IMG/VR virus record: IMGVR_UViG_3300012952_000028
Location: 1 to 54,489 of that record
From: a virus
Lineage: Duplodnaviria > Caudoviricetes
Length of the DNA: 54,489 nt
Reading direction: 5' to 3' (one strand)
Shown here: piece by piece, positions 16,968 to 24,546 of the stretch
Layout: the number at the start of each line of letters is the position of its first letter
How positions within the stretch are numbered: position 1 is the stretch's first letter
Made by a program: the position numbers and the translations under genes
The notes under the pieces: model-generated
The model's database searches: none
What the model was told of the DNA's origin: nothing
The model's input: only the letters and a program-made list of their open reading frames with translations

Positions 16968-17386
16968 TTGGTAACGCCCCTAAGTGCCCGAAGAATGGAA
17001 AGCGGTCCAACACCGTCTTCATCATTCAGATTACGTGCGCCTCCATCCTCATCACTTTCGTAGGAGCGTCGTTGACGCTCATCTTTGGAAAGCCAGAGGA
17101 TCCCAGCAACTACCTGGACTTTGCGGGTCAAGTAGTGTTATGGCTGGGCGCAGCGGGGGGCATAACCGCACCAGCTAAGAAGCTGGGGGATGCGTGGCAC
17201 GACAAGGGGAAGGCCCAGCCTACTCCCCCCACCCCGGCTCCAAGGCCTGCCGTCAGCAGCGCACCCGCACCTCCCACAACGCCTACAGCAGAAGACACCC
17301 CCACCGAACCTGAAAAGCAGTGCAGTAACTGTGGAATGCTTAATCCCGGTGACCCCTGTAGCAACTGCGGTGCCGCACAGTCATAA
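16964..17386 (+). CDS. two-TM membrane protein with Pro-rich linker and C-terminal zinc ribbon
   Basis: Two hydrophobic segments, PTPPTPAP linker, CSNC...CSNC. Confidence 0.7.
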   Translation: MIGNAPKCPKNGKRSNTVFIIQITCASILITFVGASLTLIFGKPEDPSNYLDFAGQVVLWLGAAGGITAPAKKLGDAWHDKGKAQPTPPTPAPRPAVSSAPAPPTTPTAEDTPTEPEKQCSNCGMLNPGDPCSNCGAAQS

Positions 17387-17411
17387 AGGGTAGAGTCAAG
17401 GGGAGGCTACT

Positions 17412-18305
17412 GTGAAGATCCCCGACTTATGGAATAACTGTTACGATGGCGAACATCGTAAAGCGATGTCTCCGGAAGAGTTCAAAAAGACCTTCTGCGA
17501 TGTGTGCATGAACTCAGGCTGCACTAACTCTAAAGGTGCGGGTACTCAGTGGATGAAGAGGATGATGACCCAAGAGGATCGTCTCCTAAACAATCCTAAT
17601 TTCGCCAACACAAGTGATCCCCGCTTCTCTGGCTTCGCCGAGATGGACTTCAAGAACATGATGCAACAAGCGTTGGCCATTGAGATTGCTGACCGCAAAG
17701 GGGATTGGGAAATTCCCACCCAAGAGGAGATCGGCCAAGCAGCAGCCGAGATGCTGGGGATGATCCCTCCACCTGCCTTCCAACCAGAACCTGAACCTGA
17801 ACCAGAACCTGAACCCGAACCAGAACCTGAGCCAGAACCGGAGGCACCCCCTCAGCGTCTGGTAGATGAGGTGGGGCAGACTGACATCGAAGGGAAACGG
17901 GTCCAACCTGAGCGTGAGTCTGAACCTGAAGAGGATGAGGTAAAGGGACGCTGGAACGTCAAAGGGGACAGCGGCAACCTTTACACCGTAACTCAACACG
18001 AAGACGGCTCATGGGACTGTACTTGTCCGGCGCGGAAAGAGTGTAAGCATATTCGGGGCCTGCAGACTAAGTTGTCGAGAATTGCCCCCGAGCCAGTCAC
18101 CGAAAATCCAACACGTCCTCCTCCTGGAGCTTTCACCCGAACCCCTCAGGCTATGAACACCGCGCAACCTTCGGGCGGCGTGCTGTTAGGAGGACCACCG
18201 CCTCCCCCCACCCCCGAAGTGGATCCTTGGGCTGCTCCCCCCACCAAACCTAAAGAGCGAGTCATTGAGGTTGGGGGAAAGGTGACGTTTGGAAAGAAGA
18301 GTTAG
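17412..18305 (+). CDS. SWIM zinc-finger protein with (PE)n linker
   Basis: VKGDSGNLYTV...WDCTCPARKECKHI (CxC-xn-CxH SWIM); N-terminal Cys cluster; SD GGGAGG before GTG. Confidence 0.8.
   Translation: MKIPDLWNNCYDGEHRKAMSPEEFKKTFCDVCMNSGCTNSKGAGTQWMKRMMTQEDRLLNNPNFANTSDPRFSGFAEMDFKNMMQQALAIEIADRKGDWEIPTQEEIGQAAAEMLGMIPPPAFQPEPEPEPEPEPEPEPEPEPEAPPQRLVDEVGQTDIEGKRVQPERESEPEEDEVKGRWNVKGDSGNLYTVTQHEDGSWDCTCPARKECKHIRGLQTKLSRIAPEPVTENPTRPPPGAFTRTPQAMNTAQPSGGVLLGGPPPPPTPEVDPWAAPPTKPKERVIEVGGKVTFGKKS
17784..17843 (+). repeat. (Pro-Glu)10 coding repeat
   Basis: ccNgaR hexamer tandem array in frame. Confidence 0.85.
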
Positions 18306-18775
18306 CTCAAGCTGAACTGATCTCCTACCACTACTAAAGTATGGCGATCCTCTTTCCATGCTTGAGCTACAGTGCGGAAGAGAGCGAGAGTTGTTTCGCT
18401 TCCTCCTAATATAGGAGGGTCATAACATGCTGGTGGTCCCGGTTGCTTACGGGTTCCACCGGGTCGGCAGACACCCTCATTCCAATCAATACAGTTACCG
18501 GCCATAGCGCACTCTCCCTCGGCCTTTAGGACGCGCCGTGCCGAGTCTTGGGGGCTACGCCCTAAGACTTCTAAGAGGGGCTGCATAAAGCCGTGTAGGG
18601 CGTGAGAGAGGACTTCCCCCGGTATTACCCCAACCCCCTCGGCCCAGCTGGTCCCTCTTAAGGGTTCCAACTCCCCCCAATCCTCATCGCTTCCATTAGT
18701 GATGAGAAGGAGGACCTTCTCCGAATGGGCGCGACCATCCCCCATAGGGTCATCGGTGAGGTCAATCTCCCTCAT
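18302..18775 (-). CDS. hypothetical Cys-containing protein
   Basis: 157 aa, four Cys; overlaps the upstream MTase fragment gene. Confidence 0.65.
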   Translation of the reverse strand: MREIDLTDDPMGDGRAHSEKVLLLITNGSDEDWGELEPLRGTSWAEGVGVIPGEVLSHALHGFMQPLLEVLGRSPQDSARRVLKAEGECAMAGNCIDWNEGVCRPGGTRKQPGPPACYDPPILGGSETTLALFRTVAQAWKEDRHTLVVVGDQFSLS

Positions 18776-19169
18776 CAGCTTTTACCTGTTTGAAGAAGCG
18801 GGATGCCCCGCCCGTATCTGAAATCGAGGAGGTAGGAGCCGACCTTCCAGACCCCCAAATACTACTTACGCCATTTGCCTTAGACTCTCGGTGGTTGTCG
18901 CCCAACTCTCCTGTTTGCTCATCTAAGGCTTTTACGGGGCATCCCTCTACGCAGATCCAGTTGGTCCCTGTGACCTTCTTGACCCCCTCGCACCTACAAC
19001 CATCGAGATGCTGGAGGATCAGGTTGGCGGGCCATCTTCCCCCCACTGGCCTTTCCCCTGTTCCGATGCGGGAAGCGTCAATATTCAAAGCCCCGGTGCC
19101 GTGCTTCAGCACGTTCTGGGCTACGGACCCTTCAGACTTAGGTTTACGGAGTACGTGGATCACTTTCAT
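18762..19169 (-). CDS. split DNA methyltransferase, middle (TRD/insert) subunit
   Basis: MKVIHVLRKP..GSVAQNVLKHGTGALNIDASRI...GRWPANLIL...GGASRFF is the central segment of phage beta-class MTases. ATG 19169 in ATGA overlap. Confidence 0.8.
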   Translation of the reverse strand: MKVIHVLRKPKSEGSVAQNVLKHGTGALNIDASRIGTGERPVGGRWPANLILQHLDGCRCEGVKKVTGTNWICVEGCPVKALDEQTGELGDNHRESKANGVSSIWGSGRSAPTSSISDTGGASRFFKQVKADEGD

Positions 19170-19759
19170 AGCTTGTAGCCGATCACTACGGGTTCCCAAG
19201 CAGGCTTCAAAGCGGTGCCCCAGCCTTCCCACTTTTGGCCTTCTTTAGTCGCAGCGGTTGTTACCCGCATGGGGGCTAAGGGCTTATCCTCTCGCAATCC
19301 GTGCGCCACCAAATCTCCATCGAAGCCTCTACTGCCATGACGGTGGGCGGGTCGATGGTTAGGGTTTGGCCCCACCGCGATAGATTGCACTCCTAATGAT
19401 TTGTCGATAGCCTTCCCAATATTCAAAGACTTGGGGAAGCCGGAGCCATAGGCCCAGGCTTCGAGAGATATGTTCTGAAATCCCACGTCCTCCATAGCAG
19501 CTGCTAAGTGATGTAAGGTACGGGTTCCACCGAAGGCTTTGATAATCCCTCCGGGCTTCAAAACCCTGTAGGCTTGTTCCAGCCAATCCTTATGCCATAA
19601 CCGTTGGGCTTCTCCCTCCCCTAAGTCGTCAAACTCTTTCCCCATAAACTTCAACCCGTAGGGAGGGTCACACACAAAAGCCTCTACGGAGCCTTCCGAA
19701 AGCTCTTTCATCACGTCAACGCAGTCACCGTGCCTCAAATCAATCGTCTGTAAAGCCAA
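19166..19759 (-). CDS. split DNA methyltransferase, catalytic (DPPY) subunit
   Basis: HGDCVDVMK, VCDPPYGLKFMGK, RVLKPGG, FGGTRTLHHL, WAYGSGFPKS, WEGWGTALKPAWEP; no FxGxG motif. Confidence 0.88.
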   Translation of the reverse strand: MALQTIDLRHGDCVDVMKELSEGSVEAFVCDPPYGLKFMGKEFDDLGEGEAQRLWHKDWLEQAYRVLKPGGIIKAFGGTRTLHHLAAAMEDVGFQNISLEAWAYGSGFPKSLNIGKAIDKSLGVQSIAVGPNPNHRPAHRHGSRGFDGDLVAHGLREDKPLAPMRVTTAATKEGQKWEGWGTALKPAWEPVVIGYKL

Positions 19760-20510
19760 AGAACTCCCCCATTGACATTTCAGGTGCCTCTTCCATTACC
19801 ACTTCCCGGTCGGATTTTATTACAGCATTATCCCAAGCCATCGCTCTTTCGTTCCAATGGCGAACACGGGAGTCTGCTATGGCGTGGTACTCCTCGCTCT
19901 TTTCGATCCCGATCCCGTCATGGCCGGTGGCTAAGCAAGCGATCATCGTAGTACCGGAACCCATGAAAGGATCTAATACCACGCCCTCCACGCCGTCTAA
20001 GACCTTCTCCATGACCTCTACGGGCTTTACCGTAGGATGGATGTTGCGACGTTGCTGAACGCGATTCATACCCACTGTTCCCGGCTTGTCAAACTCGTAG
20101 TCTTCGCCGTCTTCAATGGCTTGGCGTGCCCCCCGAGACATTCCAAATGTCTGAACCGGAAGGTGGGTGAGGCCCTCTTCCCTCTCAGAGCGCGATGCTT
20201 TGGGCGTATAGTGAATGGTGCTCCCCTCCTGAGCCAAAAAGATCGCATCCCTCACCTCAAACCCCAAGGATTCCGCTTCCGATGCCCCCGTATGTCCCGT
20301 GGGCTCATCGTCTGGGGCTATTAAGAATAGGTGCCCGCCCGGTTTTAAGACACGGTACGCCTCATCTACGGCTGACGCATCCTCTAAAACGATAGCGTGT
20401 ATAGAGGCATCGTCATGCTGACCCCACCCGTACCCTTCCGAAGCATGGATACAAATGCCATCTTCAGGGGTCGCTAAACCTTCCAGATAATTACCAATTG
20501 ATTGGGTCAT
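19740..20510 (-). CDS. split DNA methyltransferase, SAM-binding subunit with degenerate catalytic half
   Basis: YTPKASRSEREEG, NIHPTVKP, VLDPFMGSGTT, GIGIEKSEEY. The N-terminal half keeps RVLKPGGH and GFEVRD but has no DPPY. Confidence 0.85.
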   Translation of the reverse strand: MTQSIGNYLEGLATPEDGICIHASEGYGWGQHDDASIHAIVLEDASAVDEAYRVLKPGGHLFLIAPDDEPTGHTGASEAESLGFEVRDAIFLAQEGSTIHYTPKASRSEREEGLTHLPVQTFGMSRGARQAIEDGEDYEFDKPGTVGMNRVQQRRNIHPTVKPVEVMEKVLDGVEGVVLDPFMGSGTTMIACLATGHDGIGIEKSEEYHAIADSRVRHWNERAMAWDNAVIKSDREVVMEEAPEMSMGEFFGFTDD

Positions 20511-20679
20511 TAGCTGGTGGCGTGGGCCGTTCCTTATCTTGACGCGATTGGAGCGCCGAGCGGATGGCCTTTAGAGGGGCATTGGGAAACTGAGCTTTGG
20601 TCTGTTTTCGGGTAGGGCATACCTTTTGTGCATTCACCCACTCTTCGACCTCATTTCTCATGTCACGGCTTTCAAACAA
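20491..20679 (-). CDS. small basic hypothetical protein
   Basis: TTG start 7 nt after SD AAGGAGG; first gene of the MTase operon. Confidence 0.6.
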   Translation of the reverse strand: MFESRDMRNEVEEWVNAQKVCPTRKQTKAQFPNAPLKAIRSALQSRQDKERPTPPANDPINW

Positions 20680-20731
20680 GGGTTGTCCTCCTTCATTAGA
20701 CAGTCTACATTACCCTCGACGCTACCTCTCA

Positions 20732-20755
20732 CGCCCCCCAATAGTTTGTCAATAA
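20732..20755 (+). promoter_or_regulatory. candidate promoter: CGCCCCCCAATAG box plus TA-N6-CAATA motif
   Basis: Shares an identical 13-mer with 16261-16273; upstream of gene 20800. Confidence 0.5.
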
Positions 20756-20799
20756 AGCCCGAGGATGGGTGAGAGCCTCTTTACTTTTGGAGAACTATA

Positions 20800-21585
20800 A
20801 TGGCCAATGCATATATCTGTCGTATGCGGAGTGATATGGGCTCGGGAGCTGCCGGTGAAGCTGCCGGAAACAGCAGCTTTCAGTTGACTGACCTCACTCC
20901 CAACTCTTCTCAATACTCTATCTACGAAGTCCCTTCTCGGGGTTTCTATGAGTTTGGTGGCACGGATCTGTCCGCATACGGACAGAGCGGTTACATCGGA
21001 CCTTTTGTGGACTTCTTGAACGGTCCCAAGGCTGATTGCACCAACACCACCGTCAACCCTGCTCCCCAATGGGCCACTGACGGAACGAACGGCGTGACGC
21101 AGTTTGCTTACAGTGGATTGGCTGCCTACTTCTTGGATAACATCGACGCTGGAGCAGGCGGGGTTGCCCTCACTCCGGCCCAAGCTGCTAACTGCGCGGC
21201 CCGCGTTATCGTGATCATGCAAGCCGGAACCGCTCTTAACACAGCTGCTATCAACGGCGCACTGGCTGCTGGTGGCGGTGGGGGAACCGGACTTGCTCTT
21301 GGTGCCTCCACAGGAACCGTGGAAGAGGTTCTCTCGATCTGCTCCGGAGCGGTGTACAACCTCCCTGCAAGCTCGCAAGTGGAAGCCCCCATGGGAGCGT
21401 TCAACGCAAGTCGTCAGGGATCTTTCAATGCCGGCAAGTACCGGACTTTCTACGACACATCGGAGTTAGATGAGTCCTTCAGCGCGGGCGAGCTTTCCGT
21501 GTACTCGGATGCTTCCTTCTCTTACTTAGGCACTACTGGTGCTGCGGTGGTGGTCTACGAAGCTGACGGCACTGTTAAGAGCTAA
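20800..21585 (+). CDS. Gly/Ala/Ser-rich putative virion structural protein
   Basis: Stand-alone gene with SD GGAG, candidate promoter and strong terminator. Low-charge composition typical of virion proteins; function is inference. Confidence 0.65.
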   Translation: MANAYICRMRSDMGSGAAGEAAGNSSFQLTDLTPNSSQYSIYEVPSRGFYEFGGTDLSAYGQSGYIGPFVDFLNGPKADCTNTTVNPAPQWATDGTNGVTQFAYSGLAAYFLDNIDAGAGGVALTPAQAANCAARVIVIMQAGTALNTAAINGALAAGGGGGTGLALGASTGTVEEVLSICSGAVYNLPASSQVEAPMGAFNASRQGSFNAGKYRTFYDTSELDESFSAGELSVYSDASFSYLGTTGAAVVVYEADGTVKS

Positions 21586-21604
21586 GGTACTCAGGCTCTA
21601 AGAG

Positions 21605-21632
21605 AAAAGCCTCCCTTCGGGGAGGCTTTTTT
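21605..21632. terminator. bidirectional intrinsic terminator
   Basis: AAAAGCCTCCC-TTCG-GGGAGGCTTTTTT, a perfect stem with a C(UUCG)G loop, between convergent genes. Confidence 0.92.
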
Positions 21633-21888
21633 ATTTCCTGTGGCGGATGGCTTTAGGAGGGGTGGAGTCTAAACGCTTTACGCAAGCACATGTCTTGCAC
21701 TTGTCGCCCATCTCGGTAAGCCCACAGACGCGCTCCCAAACCTTGAGTTGCTCGTATACGTGCTCATTTACTCGGGGGTCGTTGACGCGAGCCACCTCAC
21801 TACTTCCCCATCTCTTAATCTTGAAGGGGGGCCATACTTTCTTATGAATGCAAGACCACGTAATGGGGCCTTCAACAACGTCTTTCAT
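21631..21888 (-). CDS. small Cys-rich hypothetical protein
   Basis: 85 aa; VCG...KCKTCAC; ATGA overlap with the upstream gene. Confidence 0.6.
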   Translation of the reverse strand: MKDVVEGPITWSCIHKKVWPPFKIKRWGSSEVARVNDPRVNEHVYEQLKVWERVCGLTEMGDKCKTCACVKRLDSTPPKAIRHRK

Positions 21889-22697
21889 AAAGTCTCCTGA
21901 TAAGCAGAAGCTACACGGGAAGCAGATGCTAACCGCACCGCCCCATATTGAGCCTCATACCAATCAAGATACCCGTCCTCATCAAAGTCATCGACTTGAG
22001 AGCGTCCCAGACGCTTCACCACAGCGGCAAACACCACATCGTTAAGAGGGAGCCATGCGAAAGAGCCAGGTGGTATAGGGGTGCCGGTGATTGCGCTCAG
22101 GGCAGCCGGGAGGACGATGTTCTCAATCACCTCTCCTATTCCGTAAATGACGCCCACTTTCCACCCGTGTTGCTTCACGGCTCTCATGACGGTCTTGAAG
22201 ATTTCCCGAGGGTTGACAGCTTTCCAAGCTGACTCCATGGCTTTGATGGCTACTTGCTCGGTGACCTCACTCCGGAACTCTTTGATCTGCTCTTGGACTA
22301 CTTGACGCTTGATGCCTGAGGGGAGGTCTCTCCCGTCCCACTTATGAGCGTTTTCCCAACCCCAACTGTAGCCGAGGTAGTAGTCGTCCGAGTTTCCGCG
22401 CTCGGGGTCTTCCCCGGCCCACCCCCGGAGTTTCTCAAAGCGACCTTCCTGAGCGCCCTCTAAGAACTCGGTAACGTCCTCGTCAATCTCTTCCTCGCCG
22501 ATCCCCTTCACTAACTCAGGAGCGAGATCCCTGAAAATCTCATCCGTCAAGTCATCAATGGGGCCAAACACCAAATCTTTGTATTTCTTGGAAAGCACGC
22601 TCCAAGGCTGGACCATCCACTTCAGCCACTCTTTGGCGGCGGCTTCTTTGATCACATACCTATTAGCTACTCGGAGCGGACACGTTCTCACGATCAA
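21885..22697 (-). CDS. hypothetical protein with RVANRY / RVASAY tags at both termini
   Basis: 270-aa ORF with a hydrophobic segment near the C-terminus. Confidence 0.75.
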   Translation of the reverse strand: MIVRTCPLRVANRYVIKEAAAKEWLKWMVQPWSVLSKKYKDLVFGPIDDLTDEIFRDLAPELVKGIGEEEIDEDVTEFLEGAQEGRFEKLRGWAGEDPERGNSDDYYLGYSWGWENAHKWDGRDLPSGIKRQVVQEQIKEFRSEVTEQVAIKAMESAWKAVNPREIFKTVMRAVKQHGWKVGVIYGIGEVIENIVLPAALSAITGTPIPPGSFAWLPLNDVVFAAVVKRLGRSQVDDFDEDGYLDWYEAQYGAVRLASASRVASAYQETL

Positions 22698-23584
22698 TCC
22701 ATATAGATGAAGTCCATCTCGTCTTGGAGGGAGCTAAAGGACTTCCACATCACTTTAGCCATATCACCCAACCGATGGCGTTCTAAGATTTGCTTGATCT
22801 TTTGAGCTACGTCGGGACGCCCTGCTAAGGCCAATCCTAACTGACGGAAAGCTGCTAATTGCTTGGGCTTGGACAGGAAGCCTGGTCCCCACGATTCCAC
22901 AAAGCGGGCTGCTACGCGACAACTTCCGGCGCATTGACACTGGCCCCCGCTCTGACAAGGATGCTCCTCTTCTTCTGAACCGTAGTCCGGTTGAAGCATG
23001 AGGGGTTGAAGTAAGACCGCTTCCTTTCGGCCCCTCCAAGCCTTGTCGATTATCTGGGGGACTTTCTTCATCTTGAGTTGGTTGACCGCCTCGTCGAGGC
23101 CCGCCTTTTTAAGAACGGCCATCAACTGGGACACCAATTCAGGAGCGTTGTATTTGTTGAAGGCGAGACGCTTCCGGCTAATCTCGGGATCGCTCAGATG
23201 GGTGTTGATGTTTAAACCCCGACCCGTACCGCGCCTAAAGAGGTGAGCTACTTCTTTGCGGGAGAGTTGATTATCCGGTGCAGTACTGGGCTTGCCCCTT
23301 TCCAGCAGAGACGCGGACCCGTCCTCGTTAACCAGGAAGGGGAGGTTCATCTTTGAACTGTACTGCCCCATGCCCGCAATGTCAGTGTAGTGGGACAAAG
23401 CAGTAAACACGGTGCCGGGAGGGGGAGGAGATGCCGCACTTTTGAAGTTGTGGTCGGGCTTCATACGCTTATAGATTCCCATAACATAGGCGTAGTTGCC
23501 CTTTTTGCCTTGGGATGCCGCGATGGCCTCTGCCTTCTCCCACTTCTTTTCGTCTTCGGGGGTCTTGACTACATTAAGGGGCAT
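22694..23584 (-). CDS. modular hypothetical protein with short N-terminal helical domain (possible head-associated protein)
   Basis: MPLNVVKTPEDEKKWEKAEAIAASQG..NYAYVMGIYKRM domain, then KSAA, KEA and RVAARF linkers. Confidence 0.75.
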   Translation of the reverse strand: MPLNVVKTPEDEKKWEKAEAIAASQGKKGNYAYVMGIYKRMKPDHNFKSAASPPPPGTVFTALSHYTDIAGMGQYSSKMNLPFLVNEDGSASLLERGKPSTAPDNQLSRKEVAHLFRRGTGRGLNINTHLSDPEISRKRLAFNKYNAPELVSQLMAVLKKAGLDEAVNQLKMKKVPQIIDKAWRGRKEAVLLQPLMLQPDYGSEEEEHPCQSGGQCQCAGSCRVAARFVESWGPGFLSKPKQLAAFRQLGLALAGRPDVAQKIKQILERHRLGDMAKVMWKSFSSLQDEMDFIYMD

Positions 23585-23661
23585 ATGAAAACCTCATGAC
23601 CCCATTTAGCCCCCCAGGAACGCGGATTAAGAGGGGGAGCCATGAGGCTAACTACCGGCAG

Positions 23662-23677
23662 ATATAAGGAATGTACC
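23662..23677 (-). promoter_or_regulatory. candidate late promoter motif GGTA-N6-TTATAT
   Basis: Reads ggtacattccttatat in the intergenic gap upstream of 23584. Confidence 0.5.
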
Positions 23678-24546
23678 TAAACAGTAGAATTATTCTCTTC
23701 CGGCAGGTCAGAGATCAGGTTGGTAAACCCGCTCAATATGGCGATATTGGGGGAACCTGGCTCTCCTGCTTCCGCACTATTGTTATAGTTCACCGTATTG
23801 TCCTCTTCAGGAATACGGAAAATAGAGTCGAAAAAGTAAGCCACGCTTCCGGCGCACATCCCGTCGGTGAATCGTTCACTGTCATAAACATCATCTTCAT
23901 TTAACATGTCGCCATACGTGGCCCATAGAATCGCGAGGGACTCTTTATCCAGTTGCTCCCTCAGATCCATCAGTTTGATGATCTGCTCTTCCATTTTGGT
24001 CCGCTTAAAGTGGATCTCTTGCTTGATCCAGTTTCTTGCTTGATTGGTCATGCGCAAAATCTGAACCTCCTTAACTGCAATGATGGCTCCCGCCCCTCGG
24101 CTTTCCCTGTAGGCTAATAGCGTGCCGTCTCGATCAGTGTTGGCCGTATCAAAGCTGTATTTGATAGGCAGAGGGGTCAACATACCGCGTCCTGGTGAGG
24201 AGTGCCCATCACTTTCCTCCACCTCTTCTGGAGAGTTGTTCTTGAAAGGGACATCATTAGGACTCATGAAGTAAGAGATGTCGAGAGGGTTGCCGCCCAT
24301 AACCACGTATGCCCTCACAAGTTTCTCTAAGGCGCTTCCCTCGGGGCCAACCTCAAAGCCTATGCGATTTTCTGTTGCATAGCCGTCCTCATCCACTTCC
24401 CAATATATTTTGATCTCTCCAATTCGCTCTCGTTCCGCATTGAGAACTTCCCACCGATTAGAGGCATCACGCCTCTCTTCCAACATAAACAGTCGGAATG
24501 CTCTCCACTGCCCCTCCCTAAAACGTGATGAGATTGCGAAAGCCAT
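23677..24546 (-). CDS. hypothetical protein of the tail/baseplate module
   Basis: 289 aa, translationally coupled to the upstream gene. Confidence 0.7.
   Translation of the reverse strand: MAFAISSRFREGQWRAFRLFMLEERRDASNRWEVLNAERERIGEIKIYWEVDEDGYATENRIGFEVGPEGSALEKLVRAYVVMGGNPLDISYFMSPNDVPFKNNSPEEVEESDGHSSPGRGMLTPLPIKYSFDTANTDRDGTLLAYRESRGAGAIIAVKEVQILRMTNQARNWIKQEIHFKRTKMEEQIIKLMDLREQLDKESLAILWATYGDMLNEDDVYDSERFTDGMCAGSVAYFFDSIFRIPEEDNTVNYNNSAEAGEPGSPNIAILSGFTNLISDLPEENNSTV

Noticed and set aside
17586-17999. Trp/Phe/Arg-repeat ORFs (also 53722..54123 and 5567..5782)
   Set aside because: Antisense translations of the (PE)n repeats.
19160-19175. Sequencing frameshift or pseudogene explanation for the MTase break
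   Set aside because: The clean ATGA coupling, duplicated junction strand and separately encoded upstream SAM half argue for a real split. Not fully excluded without reads.
20749-21378. 209-aa minus-strand ORF
   Set aside because: Antisense to 20800..21585, which has an SD, a promoter-like motif and a terminator.
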